Below, piece after piece: positions 1 through 8,334 of a DNA stretch of 64,000 nt; within the stretch, counting starts at the first letter, position 1; each line of letters begins with the position of its first letter. The stretch spans positions 11,169 to 75,168 of the forward strand of contig CAWCUZ010000002.1 of assembly GCA_963798795.1 (NCBI GenBank). Direction: 5' to 3'. Origin of the DNA: an uncultured Acidobacteriota bacterium. Lineage in GTDB: Bacteria > Acidobacteriota > Vicinamibacteria > Vicinamibacterales > SCN-69-37. The translations under genes and the position numbers were made by a program. The notes under the pieces are model-generated. The model was given only the letters and a program-made list of their open reading frames with translations. It was not told where the DNA came from and did no database searches.

Positions 1-657
1 GCCATCGTCCACGAGGTGCTGCGCGGCCGACACGACCTGCTGTTCAGGTCCCACGGCCGCGACATGACCGAGGCGCCGCCGCCGTATGGCGCGGTGGACA
101 TGCAGCTCCTGCGCAAGTGTCCGTGCCCGGTGTGGCTGGTCGCGCCCGGTCACGAAGCGCGCCCCAAACAGGTGCTCGCCGCGGTCGATGCCAGCACCGA
201 CGACCCGGTCGAGCAGGCGCTCAACCGCCGCATCCTGGAGCTGGCCGTCCACGTCTGCGAGCTCGAAAGGGCGTCGCTCACCGTGCTCCACGCCTGGGCG
301 ACGTTCGGTGAGCGGCTGCTCGAGCACCGGATGGAGCCCGGCGAATTCCACCAGTTCGTCGACTCGACGCGCGAGTTCGCGGGCTCCGCGATCGAAAGCC
401 TGCTCGCGTCCACCGACCTGGGCAGCCTGACGCCGCGCGTCGAATTGCGCAAGGGCCTGCCTCAGCACGTGATTCCCAGCTTCGCCCGGACGCAGAAGAT
501 GGACCTGGTCGTCATGGGGACCGTGGCGCGGACCGGTGTGGCCGGCCTCGTCATCGGCAACACGGCCGAAAGCGTGCTCCAGCAGCTGCGCGGGTCCGTC
601 CTCACCGTGAAACCGGAGGGGTTCACCTCGCCGATCCGGCCGCCGGGCCGACGGTAG
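1..657 (+). CDS. Universal stress protein family (tandem USP type), 5' end cut by the window edge
   Basis: Frame 1 is open from nt 1 to TAG 655-657. The C-terminal USP signature is present (...MDLVVMGTVARTGVAGLVIGNTAESVLQQLRGSVLTVKP...). Confidence 0.75.
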   Translation, partial: AIVHEVLRGRHDLLFRSHGRDMTEAPPPYGAVDMQLLRKCPCPVWLVAPGHEARPKQVLAAVDASTDDPVEQALNRRILELAVHVCELERASLTVLHAWATFGERLLEHRMEPGEFHQFVDSTREFAGSAIESLLASTDLGSLTPRVELRKGLPQHVIPSFARTQKMDLVVMGTVARTGVAGLVIGNTAESVLQQLRGSVLTVKPEGFTSPIRPPGRR

Positions 658-664
658 CCGTGAC

Positions 665-745
665 CGGGGTCAGACCAGGGTCAAACCAGGGTCAGACCAG
701 GGTCAGACCTAGGTTTGACCCTGGTTTGACCCTGGTCTGACCCCG
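665..745. repeat. Palindromic array of seven tandem 11-nt units forming a 34-bp hairpin; probable bidirectional terminator
   Basis: Four units GGTCARACCAG/TA lie at 668-711 and three inverted-sense units GGTYTGACCCY at 712-744. Arm 665-698 pairs with arm 712-745 at 34/34 positions, including one G-U pair, with a 13-nt loop. The hairpin sits exactly between the convergent stops at 655-657 (+) and 747-749 (-). Confidence 0.75.
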
Positions 746-746
746 G

Positions 747-1175
747 TTACGGCACGATGCGGAACAGCCACAGCCCCGCCAGGTAGGTCGCGAGAATCGC
801 CACCGCGTCCCAGGACAGCCGGTAGCGCTTCCGCTGGGCGCGGTAGGTCAGGCCGAGGATCGCAATCGCGCTCATCACCATCGCCATGATGAGCGTGACC
901 AGGTGGGCGCCCGACACAGCCGCGAGGACGCGCCCGCGGGTGTAGAGCAGGTCATCCACGCCGAGCACCGCGATGTTGAAGATGTTGCTCCCGAGCAGGT
1001 TCGCCACCGCCATGTCCCGCGCGCCCATCCGCACGGCGGCTAGCGAGACCACTACTTCGGGCAGCGACGTCGACACGGCAATCACGAAGCTGCCGACGAA
1101 ACTCTCGGTGAGGCCCGTCTCACGCGCCAGCGCCGTGCCGACGGCCGGCCAGCAGGGCGGCCGCCGCAATGAGCG
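747..1175 (-). pseudogene. C-terminal half (alpha-2 repeat region) of a CaCA/YrbG-type Na+/Ca2+ exchanger, lacking its own N-terminal half
   Basis: The motif GLTESFVGSFVIAVSTSLPEVVVSLAAVRMGARDMAVANLLGSNIFNIAVLG is followed by 2-3 further TM segments. In the same ORF (747..1310) the upstream residues are P-type ATPase sequence, so only about 125 aa of an expected ~320-aa exchanger remain. Confidence 0.6.
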
Positions 1176-2808
1176 CCACTGGGCCAGGGTGGCCTTGACG
1201 CCCGGCGCGGGCGGATCCATCAGTCCGATGAGCCCCAGAAACGTCAGCCCGCGAAGATCACGCTCGTGCGAGCCTTCGACCGGTCCGGCGGCCACGCCGA
1301 GCACGCGCAACGCGCGCGGCGAACGCCTCGTTGGCCGCCAGCAGCCGCGCGCGCGAGCCGTCGGTGAGCGGCCGGGCGGCGCCGTCGTGCCACACCGAGT
1401 CCGACAAGCCGATCACCCGGCGCGGAGCGCCTTTGACGCAGGCCAGGATCCGCTCGCCGTCGCGGCGGAAGGATGCCAGCAGCTGGCGCTCGCTCGAAAA
1501 CGGCAGGACCGCCGTCTCGATGAGGGACGCCGCCGGGCGTCCGGGCCGCTCCAGCCGTGAGGCGGCCGCGAGCACCGCACGATCGACCGGGTCGCCGGTC
1601 CACGCCGCGTGCTCCACGTCGGCCACCGCCTGGGGACGACTCGCGGCGGCCGCGATGTCGAGCAGCCGGCCCGCGGCATCGGGGACGTGCCCGTCTGCCG
1701 TCGACGGATCCAGCGCGACCTCCTCGTCGTCCACCCACACGCGGACGACGGGCATCTCGCCGGACGTGAGCGTCCGCGTCTTGTCTGTGCACACCACGGT
1801 CGTGGCGCCGAGCGACTGAACGGCCGGCAGCCGCCGGACGAGCGCATTCCGGCGGGCCATCCTGCGCAGCCCGACGGCCAGCGCGATGGTCGCGACGGCC
1901 GGAAGGGCCTCGGGCACGGCGGCGACGGCCAGCGCAATGCCGAGCTGCAACGACAGCGTCCACGAAGCACCCTGAACGGCGCTGAGGAGCCCGACGATGG
2001 CCGCCACACCGAGAGCGAGCCACGCGAGACGCCGGCCCAGCAGGTCCAGGCGCCGCTCGAGCGGCGTCCGCTCCTCGACGAGGGTCCCGACGAGTTGGCC
2101 GACCCGTCCCATTTCCGTCGAGACGCCTGTGGCCGTGACCATGGCACGCGCGGTGCCCGACGTCACCAGCGTCCCCTTGAAGACCACGTTGACGCGGTCC
2201 CCGAGCGGCGTCGCCGGATCGAGCGTCTGTGCCGCGTCCTTCGCGACGGGCAGCGATTCACCGGTCAGCGCCGCCTCCGACGCATGCGCCTCGGAGGCCG
2301 TCAGCAGCCGCGCGTCGGCCGGAACGGTCTGACCCTGGCGGAGCTCGATGACGTCGCCCGGGACCAGCCGGTCGGCCGCGACCTGGTGCAGGTGCCCATC
2401 GCGGAAGACTGCGGCGCGAATCGTCTCGAGCTCGCCGAGCGCTTCCATCGCCCGGCGCGCGCGGAGCTCGGTGACGAACCCGAGGACCGTGTTGATGACG
2501 AGGACCACGGCGATCGACGCCGCCTCGAGCAAGTCGCCCATCGCCAGCGACACCGCGGCGGCGCCGCCGAGCAGCAGCACCACAACGCTGCGAAGCTGAT
2601 CGATCAGGATGCGCCACGCGTGGGTCCGGGCGGGCGGCGGCAGGCGATTCGGGCCGAAGAGAGCCTGGCGGCGAACCGCTTCGGCCTCCGACAGCCCGGA
2701 CGCGCTCGTCTCCAGGGCCGTCAGGACGACTTCGGCAGGGTCGGCGTGCCACGGCCGCCTCGTCGCCCGCGCCCGGCCCGGCGCGCCCGGTCCGGCCTCC
2801 CTGCTCAC
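1176..2808 (-). pseudogene. Cation-transporting P-type ATPase (Ca2+/Mg2+ type), frameshifted and 3'-truncated
   Basis: N-terminal cation-ATPase features are present: SGLSEAEAVRRQALFGPNRLP, the TGES actuator motif, and the phosphorylation motif read as CTDKTRTLT (the G of DKTGT is replaced by R). Near 1308-1318 the frame jumps from ORF 1258..2808 to ORF 747..1310, which continues LRVLGVAAGPVEG...GLTFLGLIGLMDPPAPGVKATL. The sequence then ends at about 550 of the ~900 aa expected. Confidence 0.7.
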
Positions 2809-3839
2809 CGCGGCTCCATCACGAGCACTTTGGCACCTCGCCCGGCGCCGGCCTTGAGCTCTCGCAGGGCCCGGTTCGCCGCGTCCAGGGGCCAGGTCTC
2901 GACGGTCGGACGAATCCCCCCGGCAACGGCCAGCGCCAGCATCTCACGCACGTCGTCGCGCGTCAGGTTCGCGACGGTCTTGATCTCCTTCTCGCGCCAG
3001 AGGTGCTCCGCGTAGTCAATGCGCAGCAGCTCCTGGCGGTCGCCGGCTTCCTTGCGGATGGCGTTGATGACGACTCGGCCGCCTGGCGCCAGCGCCGCCA
3101 GGGCCTCCACGACGGGCCGCCACGCCGGCGTAGTGTCGATGATCGCCGCGGGCGGATCGGGCGGACGATCGTGTTCGGCGCCGGCCCAGTCGGCGCCCAG
3201 CTGGCGGGCAAAGGCGCGCGCGCGCTCGTCGCGCGCAAAGACGAACACGCGTGAATGCGGCAGCGCGTTCCGGGCGATCTGCAGGACCAGGTGGCCCGAC
3301 GCACCGAACCCGGTGAGGCCCAGCGGCTCGCCGTCAGCGAGCCCCGTCAACCGCAGAGCGCGGCAGCCGATCGCGCCGGCGCACAGCAGCGGCGCGGCCT
3401 CGACGTCGGAGATCGCGTCGGGCAGCGGAAGCGTGAACGCCGCCGGCGCGACCATGTACTCCGCATAGCCGCCGTCCGCGTCGCGCCCGGTCGCCTCGAA
3501 GAACGGACAGAGATTCTCGCGGCCGGTCAGGCAGAAGCGGCAGACGCCGCACGCCCGGTAGATCCACGCCACGCCGACCCGGGATCCGACCAGACCCGGC
3601 TCGACGCCGTCGCCCACCCGATCGATGGTCCCGACGACTTGATGTCCCAGCACCCGTGGCAGACTCGACGGCGGCAGTCGACCCTCGATCTCGTCCAGTT
3701 CCGTATGACAGACGCCGCACGCGGCGACCCGGATCAACAGCTCACCGGGCGCGGGAGTCGGTACTGCGCGCTCGACGAGTTCGAGCGGTTGCCAGTCTGA
3801 CTGGAATCGACACAGCTGCGACAGCAGCAGGGCCTTCAC
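2805..3839 (-). CDS. Zinc-dependent alcohol dehydrogenase (MDR superfamily)
   Basis: 344 aa. It carries the catalytic Zn motif CGVCHTELDEIEG, the structural Zn cysteines CGVCRFCLTGRENLC and a GFGASGH Rossmann motif. Its stop overlaps the GTG start of the downstream ATPase remnant. Confidence 0.9.
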   Translation of the reverse strand: MKALLLSQLCRFQSDWQPLELVERAVPTPAPGELLIRVAACGVCHTELDEIEGRLPPSSLPRVLGHQVVGTIDRVGDGVEPGLVGSRVGVAWIYRACGVCRFCLTGRENLCPFFEATGRDADGGYAEYMVAPAAFTLPLPDAISDVEAAPLLCAGAIGCRALRLTGLADGEPLGLTGFGASGHLVLQIARNALPHSRVFVFARDERARAFARQLGADWAGAEHDRPPDPPAAIIDTTPAWRPVVEALAALAPGGRVVINAIRKEAGDRQELLRIDYAEHLWREKEIKTVANLTRDDVREMLALAVAGGIRPTVETWPLDAANRALRELKAGAGRGAKVLVMEPR

Positions 3840-4013
3840 CGGGCTGTCCTCCTCACAGCCGTGGGCGGGAACGCGGAGCCCTCGAATGTCATGAATTCAG
3901 TCAATGAAAATCGTGAAATTCGGTGCAGTTCGTGGCTCTGGACACATGAGCCGGACTGCTAGCATGAGTACCGCTGCGACACGCGGCGCCCGGGGGGCGC
4001 AGGAACCCCGCTC

Positions 4014-5264
4014 ATGAGCGCGCTCATCACCGACGCGAGTGGCAACCACACACTCGCCATTGCCCGCTCGCTTGGCCGACGTGGCATCCACGTGTCGGTC
4101 GCCTCGCACGAGCCGACCGGCAAGGCATTCTACAGCCGCTACGTCGGTCGGCGGTTTCTCTATCCGTCCCCGGCGGGACCGCTGGCCGCGACGCGTGCAC
4201 GCCTGCTCCAGATCATCGATCTCGTCCGACCGGACGTCTTCATTCCGGTGACGGAGCGGGTCATCATGATGCTGGCTCCGGCCCGGGCCCAAATCGAAGA
4301 CCGGGTGGGGGCACTGCCGCTGCCGTCCGAGCGGGCGTTGAACGTGGTATTCGACAAGCTGGCGACGACCCGCCTGGCCGACAGCCTCGAGGTCGCTACC
4401 CCGCGGACCCATGCGCTCGAGTCACTGGCGGAACTACCGGCGCTCCGCGACGGCCTCGGCTACCCCGTGGTGATCAAGCCGCGGCAATCGGAGCACGAAA
4501 CCGCGGACGGCCAGATCGTGTCGGCGGGCCCTCCGGAGTACTGCGCTGCGCCCGAACGGTTCGCCGCCACCTACATGACCGTGCACCGGCGCTCTCCCTT
4601 GCCACTGGTGCAGGAATTCATTCCCGGCGAGGGGTACGGCGTCTCGGTGCTATACCGGCAAGGCGAGCTGCGGGCGCTGTTTGCGCATCACCGCCTTCGG
4701 ATGGTGCGACCAACGGGATCCGGCAGCGCGCTGCGCGAGAGCATCGCGCCGCCGCCGCTCATGGTCGCGGCCGCCCGCCGGCTGCTCGAAGCGCTGGCCT
4801 GGCACGGCGTGGCCATGGTCGAATTCAAGGTCGACACGCGAACCGGACTGCCGGTCCTCATGGAGATCAACGGCCGGTTCTGGAATTCGCTGCCGCTCGC
4901 CGTGGCCGCCGGTGTGGATTTTCCCTACCTGCTGTACCGGCTGGCCCTCGACGGCGATGTCGCGCCCTGCCTGGACTACCGGGCCGGCGTTCGGGCCCGC
5001 TGGCTGGCCGGCGACCTCCGGCATCTCATCGCCGTTTTCCAGGGACCTCCACCGGGATGGACCGCGCCGTTTCCGGGCCGATGGCAGACGGTCGGAGACT
5101 TCGTCAAGATCGGCGGCCGCGTCCATCGCGACGTACTGTCATTTCGCGACCCGGTCCCGTCGATGGTCGAGGCGTACAACTTCTTCCGCGAGATGGGGGC
5201 GGCCTCGAATCGCGTGTTGCGCCGGTCGCTGGGTATGCCGGTGGTGCGTCCCCCGGTCGCTTGA
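4014..5264 (+). CDS. ATP-grasp domain protein (carboxylate-amine ligase type); paralog of 19622..20896
   Basis: 416 aa with the ATP-grasp core (YPVVIKPR..., VQEFIPGEGYGVSVLY, VAMVEFKVD..., LMEINGRFWNSLPLA). It aligns collinearly, at a high level of identity by eye, with the EPS-locus ATP-grasp protein. Confidence 0.85.
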   Translation: MSALITDASGNHTLAIARSLGRRGIHVSVASHEPTGKAFYSRYVGRRFLYPSPAGPLAATRARLLQIIDLVRPDVFIPVTERVIMMLAPARAQIEDRVGALPLPSERALNVVFDKLATTRLADSLEVATPRTHALESLAELPALRDGLGYPVVIKPRQSEHETADGQIVSAGPPEYCAAPERFAATYMTVHRRSPLPLVQEFIPGEGYGVSVLYRQGELRALFAHHRLRMVRPTGSGSALRESIAPPPLMVAAARRLLEALAWHGVAMVEFKVDTRTGLPVLMEINGRFWNSLPLAVAAGVDFPYLLYRLALDGDVAPCLDYRAGVRARWLAGDLRHLIAVFQGPPPGWTAPFPGRWQTVGDFVKIGGRVHRDVLSFRDPVPSMVEAYNFFREMGAASNRVLRRSLGMPVVRPPVA

Positions 5265-5504
5265 ACGAATCGGGCGGACTTACAATTCTGCCCCCCAGGA
5301 TCACCAGACGGAAACCCCGCACGGCGCCATCGGGCGGTGACCCGGCCCGCGACACGCCAGAACTGCGTCCGACCGGGCGCCCGGGGCACTTCTGCGGATG
5401 ACGCAGGGGTGACCTGGGCCACCCGCATGGGCACGGGACTTGCTCCACAGGGACGGGCCGCGCCACGACGGGCGACGGCCGTCCCGGAGGAGTTCTTGGC
5501 CGAC

Positions 5505-6005
5505 GTGGTTCCCGCCATCCGGAGTCCCGGGCGCGATCCGGGCCGGATTGCGCGAACAAGCCCCACCCGCAGCGCGGCCTTCGGCCTCGCCGGACCGGGC
5601 ATCGCCGGCGAGAGCTGCTCGGTACGCATCGCTTCGGATCGCCAGGTCGTGGACGCGCGTCGTGAGTGCCGCAGGCTGGCGAGTCGCGCCGGCTTCAGCG
5701 CAGCGGACATCACGCTGGTGACGATGGTCGTCTCAGAACTCGCCCGGAACATGCTTCTGTACGCGTGGAGCGGAATCCTGACCGCATCGCTTGTCACGCG
5801 CGGCGGGCGGCCCGGCATTCAACTCATCGCCGCCGACGCGGGACCGGGAATCGCCGACGTCGGCGCCGCTCTGCGCGACGGCTTTTCGACCTCCGGCCGG
5901 CCTGGTCTTGGTTTGCCCGGCATCCGGCGGATCGTCGACTCGTTCGAGATCGACTCGGGGCCCGACCGCGGCACCACCGTCGTGGCCATCAAGCTGCTCC
6001 GATGA
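5505..6005 (+). CDS. RsbT/SpoIIAB-like GHKL serine-protein kinase (anti-sigma-factor-type switch kinase)
   Basis: It has an N-box (SELARNMLLYA), a G1 box (ADAGPGI) and a G2 box (GLGLPGIRR). The domain is about 130 aa. The start is uncertain: I chose GTG 5505, downstream of GGAGG at 5486-5490, but the ORF is open from 5337. Its TGA overlaps the ATG of the next gene (ATGA at 6002-6005). Confidence 0.65.
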   Translation: MVPAIRSPGRDPGRIARTSPTRSAAFGLAGPGIAGESCSVRIASDRQVVDARRECRRLASRAGFSAADITLVTMVVSELARNMLLYAWSGILTASLVTRGGRPGIQLIAADAGPGIADVGAALRDGFSTSGRPGLGLPGIRRIVDSFEIDSGPDRGTTVVAIKLLR

Positions 6006-7351
6006 CCCGGCCGTCCCGGCTCGCATCCCCTCGACCCGAAGCGCCGTCAGACGATGCCGAGCCTCAGGAGGCGACGGCTTTCACCAGGTCCTACGCCGCG
6101 CTGGTCTCGTCGTGCCTGCACGGGGAACCGGACGAAGCCCTGCTGCGCGACGCCTACGAGTTCGGCCGGTCGCTGTTCGATCGGGGCGCGGGGCCCCTCG
6201 ACCTCGTCGCACTCCACCATCGCGTGCTGCCCGAGGTCCTCGCGCAGGCCGCGCCGACCCGCGCGGCGGCGGTTGGCGCCGCGGCTGGACGCATCCTCAT
6301 CGAAAGCCTGGCGCCATTCGAGATGACCCGCCGCGGGTTCCAGGAGGCGCAGGCGGCGCTGGCGCGCAGTCAGGAGCGCTACCGCGATCTGGTCGAAAAC
6401 GCGAGCGACATGATCTTCACAACGGATCTCGAGGGGCGGGTGCTCTCGCTCAACCGCGCCGGCGAGCGGCTCACGGAGTACCGGCGCGACCAGGCCGACG
6501 GACTCGTTGTGGCGCTGCCCGCAACGAAACGGCCGGTCGGCGAACCGGTCCCCGACGACCGCCCGATGACCCGGACGCGGTTCGAAGTGGAATTGACGGC
6601 GCGCGACGGCCGCCGGATCCCCGTGGAAGTGAATCTCCGGAGGGTCTTCGAGAACGGGCATCCGGTCGGCTATCAGGGGATCGCCCGTGACATCACCGAC
6701 CGGCGCAGCGCCGACTCGGCGATGCGATACCTCAACCGGCACCTGGAAGAGAAGGCCAAGCGGATCGCCCACGCCCTGCATGACGAGGCAGGCCAGCTGC
6801 TCGCGACGGTCTACCTGCGCGTGGCCGAAATTTCCACGGCGCTCGACGAGGCGGGTCGAGATCACATGGCGGCGCTCAGAACGCTGCTCGATCAGGTCGA
6901 TGACCAGATCCGTCGATTGGCACATGAATTGCGTCCAACCGTGCTCGACGATTTGGGTCTGATACCAGCGTGCCGATTTCTGGCCGAAGGCGTGGCCAAG
7001 CGGGCCGGCGTGCACGTTTCAGTGGTGGGCTCCACGGGAGGCCGCCTGCCGGCCGATGTCGAGACCGCACTCTATCGCGTGACGCAGGAGGCGCTGGCCA
7101 ATGCCAGTCGCCACGCGCGCGCCGCTTCGGTGGTCATTTCGTTCAGCCGTGACGGCAACCGGCTGAGCGGATTCATCCGAGACGACGGAGTGGGGTTCGA
7201 CCTGACAGAAGCGGTGCCCCCCGCCGGACCGCGGGGCCTCGGGCTCGTCGGCATGCGCGAGCGGCTCGTCGCTGTTGGTGGCCGGCTCGCAGTGCGCTCC
7301 GCACCGGGCGCCGGCACCGCGGTCGAATTCGAAATGGAGTTGGAGTCCTAG
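6002..7351 (+). CDS. Sensor histidine kinase: RsbU_N-like domain + PAS + HisKA_3 + HATPase_c
   Basis: The N-terminus (YAALVSSCLHGEPDEALLRDAYEFGRSLFDRGAGPLDLVALHHRVLPEVL) resembles the RsbU N-terminal domain. It is followed by a PAS domain (YRDLVENASDMIFTTDLEGRVLSLN), an H-box (HALHDEAGQLL), and N/G boxes (QEALANASRHA, DDGVGF, GLGLVGMRER). There are no predicted TM segments. Confidence 0.85.
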   Translation: MTRPSRLASPRPEAPSDDAEPQEATAFTRSYAALVSSCLHGEPDEALLRDAYEFGRSLFDRGAGPLDLVALHHRVLPEVLAQAAPTRAAAVGAAAGRILIESLAPFEMTRRGFQEAQAALARSQERYRDLVENASDMIFTTDLEGRVLSLNRAGERLTEYRRDQADGLVVALPATKRPVGEPVPDDRPMTRTRFEVELTARDGRRIPVEVNLRRVFENGHPVGYQGIARDITDRRSADSAMRYLNRHLEEKAKRIAHALHDEAGQLLATVYLRVAEISTALDEAGRDHMAALRTLLDQVDDQIRRLAHELRPTVLDDLGLIPACRFLAEGVAKRAGVHVSVVGSTGGRLPADVETALYRVTQEALANASRHARAASVVISFSRDGNRLSGFIRDDGVGFDLTEAVPPAGPRGLGLVGMRERLVAVGGRLAVRSAPGAGTAVEFEMELES

Positions 7352-7354
7352 ACC

Positions 7355-7987
7355 ATGGCGGTTTCCATATTGCTCGCCGACGACCACCAAATCGTGCGCC
7401 AAGGCTTGAAAGTCCTGCTCGAGCGCGAGGGGCTGGAGGTCGTCGGCGAGGCGGCCGATGGCCATGAGGCCGTGCAGTTGGCCGCGCGGCTGCGGCCGGA
7501 CGTGGTCGTCGTGGATTTCGTCATGCCGCTGCTCAACGGCATGGACGCCGCGGTGCAGATTCACCGGATGTCGCCCGCCACGAAGACGATCCTGCTGACG
7601 ATGTACACCGAGGATCAGTACGTCCTGGAGGCCCTGCGCAACGGCCTGCGGGGCTACGTCATCAAGACGCAGGCGGCCGCCGATCTGGTTCGAGCCATCC
7701 GTGAAGTGCTCAACAATGCCGTCTACCTGAGCCCGGGGATCTCGCGGGCGGTCGTCGAGGCCTACCTGTCGAAGACCGAAGTCCCGGCCGACCCGCTGAC
7801 GTCGCGAGAGCGCGAAGTGCTGCAGCTCGTGGCCGAGGGCAAGACCACCAAGGAAATCGCCGGGGTGCTGGGCCTGAGCGTGAAGACCGCCGAAACGCAC
7901 CGAACGAAGATCATGCGGAAGCTCGAAATCCATGAGACGGCCGGTCTCGTTCGCTACGCCATCCGCCGCGGTCTCGTGCGTCCGTAG
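7355..7987 (+). CDS. NarL/FixJ-family response regulator (REC + LuxR HTH)
   Basis: 210 aa. The REC domain starts ILLADDH and includes DVVVVDFVMP. The LuxR HTH reads LTSREREVLQLVAEGKTTKEIAGVLGLSVKTAETHRTKIMRKL. The gene starts 3 nt after the kinase stop. Confidence 0.92.
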   Translation: MAVSILLADDHQIVRQGLKVLLEREGLEVVGEAADGHEAVQLAARLRPDVVVVDFVMPLLNGMDAAVQIHRMSPATKTILLTMYTEDQYVLEALRNGLRGYVIKTQAAADLVRAIREVLNNAVYLSPGISRAVVEAYLSKTEVPADPLTSREREVLQLVAEGKTTKEIAGVLGLSVKTAETHRTKIMRKLEIHETAGLVRYAIRRGLVRP

Positions 7988-8334
7988 CCGCTCATCCCTC
8001 CGAGCGAGACGAGGCGCGCTTACAGGCCGCGCCGATCCGATTACAGTAGCGAGTGCCACCGCGCGTAAAAGCGGGAGATCGTACGGCAAAACGTGCATGC
8101 CATTGCACACCGATTCGCGGCCTGACGTTCGGCCTCTGAATTGATCGGCGGCCCGAAAAGGCGCCGTATCTTCTTCTAACCACACGACTTTCAGCCGCTG
8201 ACGGTACTGTCGCGCGGCCGCAGTAATCCGCAGCGCGCCGCGCGGCACGTGCCTTGCTTCGTCTCCGGCCGGTCGATTGGAGCCGGAGTCGCGAACGGGA
8301 TCCCACCTCGTCGCGCCGAGCTTGAGGGAAGTCC

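Noticed and set aside
3892-3899. The palindrome TGAATTCA in the AT-richer divergent region between the ADH and ATP-grasp genes, considered as an operator.
   Set aside because: It is only 8 bp (it contains an EcoRI site), the flanks do not extend the symmetry, and it is too short to distinguish from chance.
5337-5504. The 5' extension of the RsbT-like ORF (start at 5337 or 5427).
   Set aside because: The extra residues are Arg/Pro/Ala-rich with no similarity to GHKL proteins, which are ~135-145 aa. I preferred the start downstream of the GGAGG, but this remains uncertain.
7990-8334. A possible c-di-GMP (GEMM-type) riboswitch or other structured leader in the 345-nt gap upstream of the secreted-protein gene. 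Patches such as GGCAAAAC and GCCATTGCAC prompted the look.
   Set aside because: I could not build the conserved two-hairpin architecture or find the GACGCAAAGCC-type core. The similarity is limited to two short strings. A covariance-model scan (Rfam) would be needed, and I would expect it to be negative.
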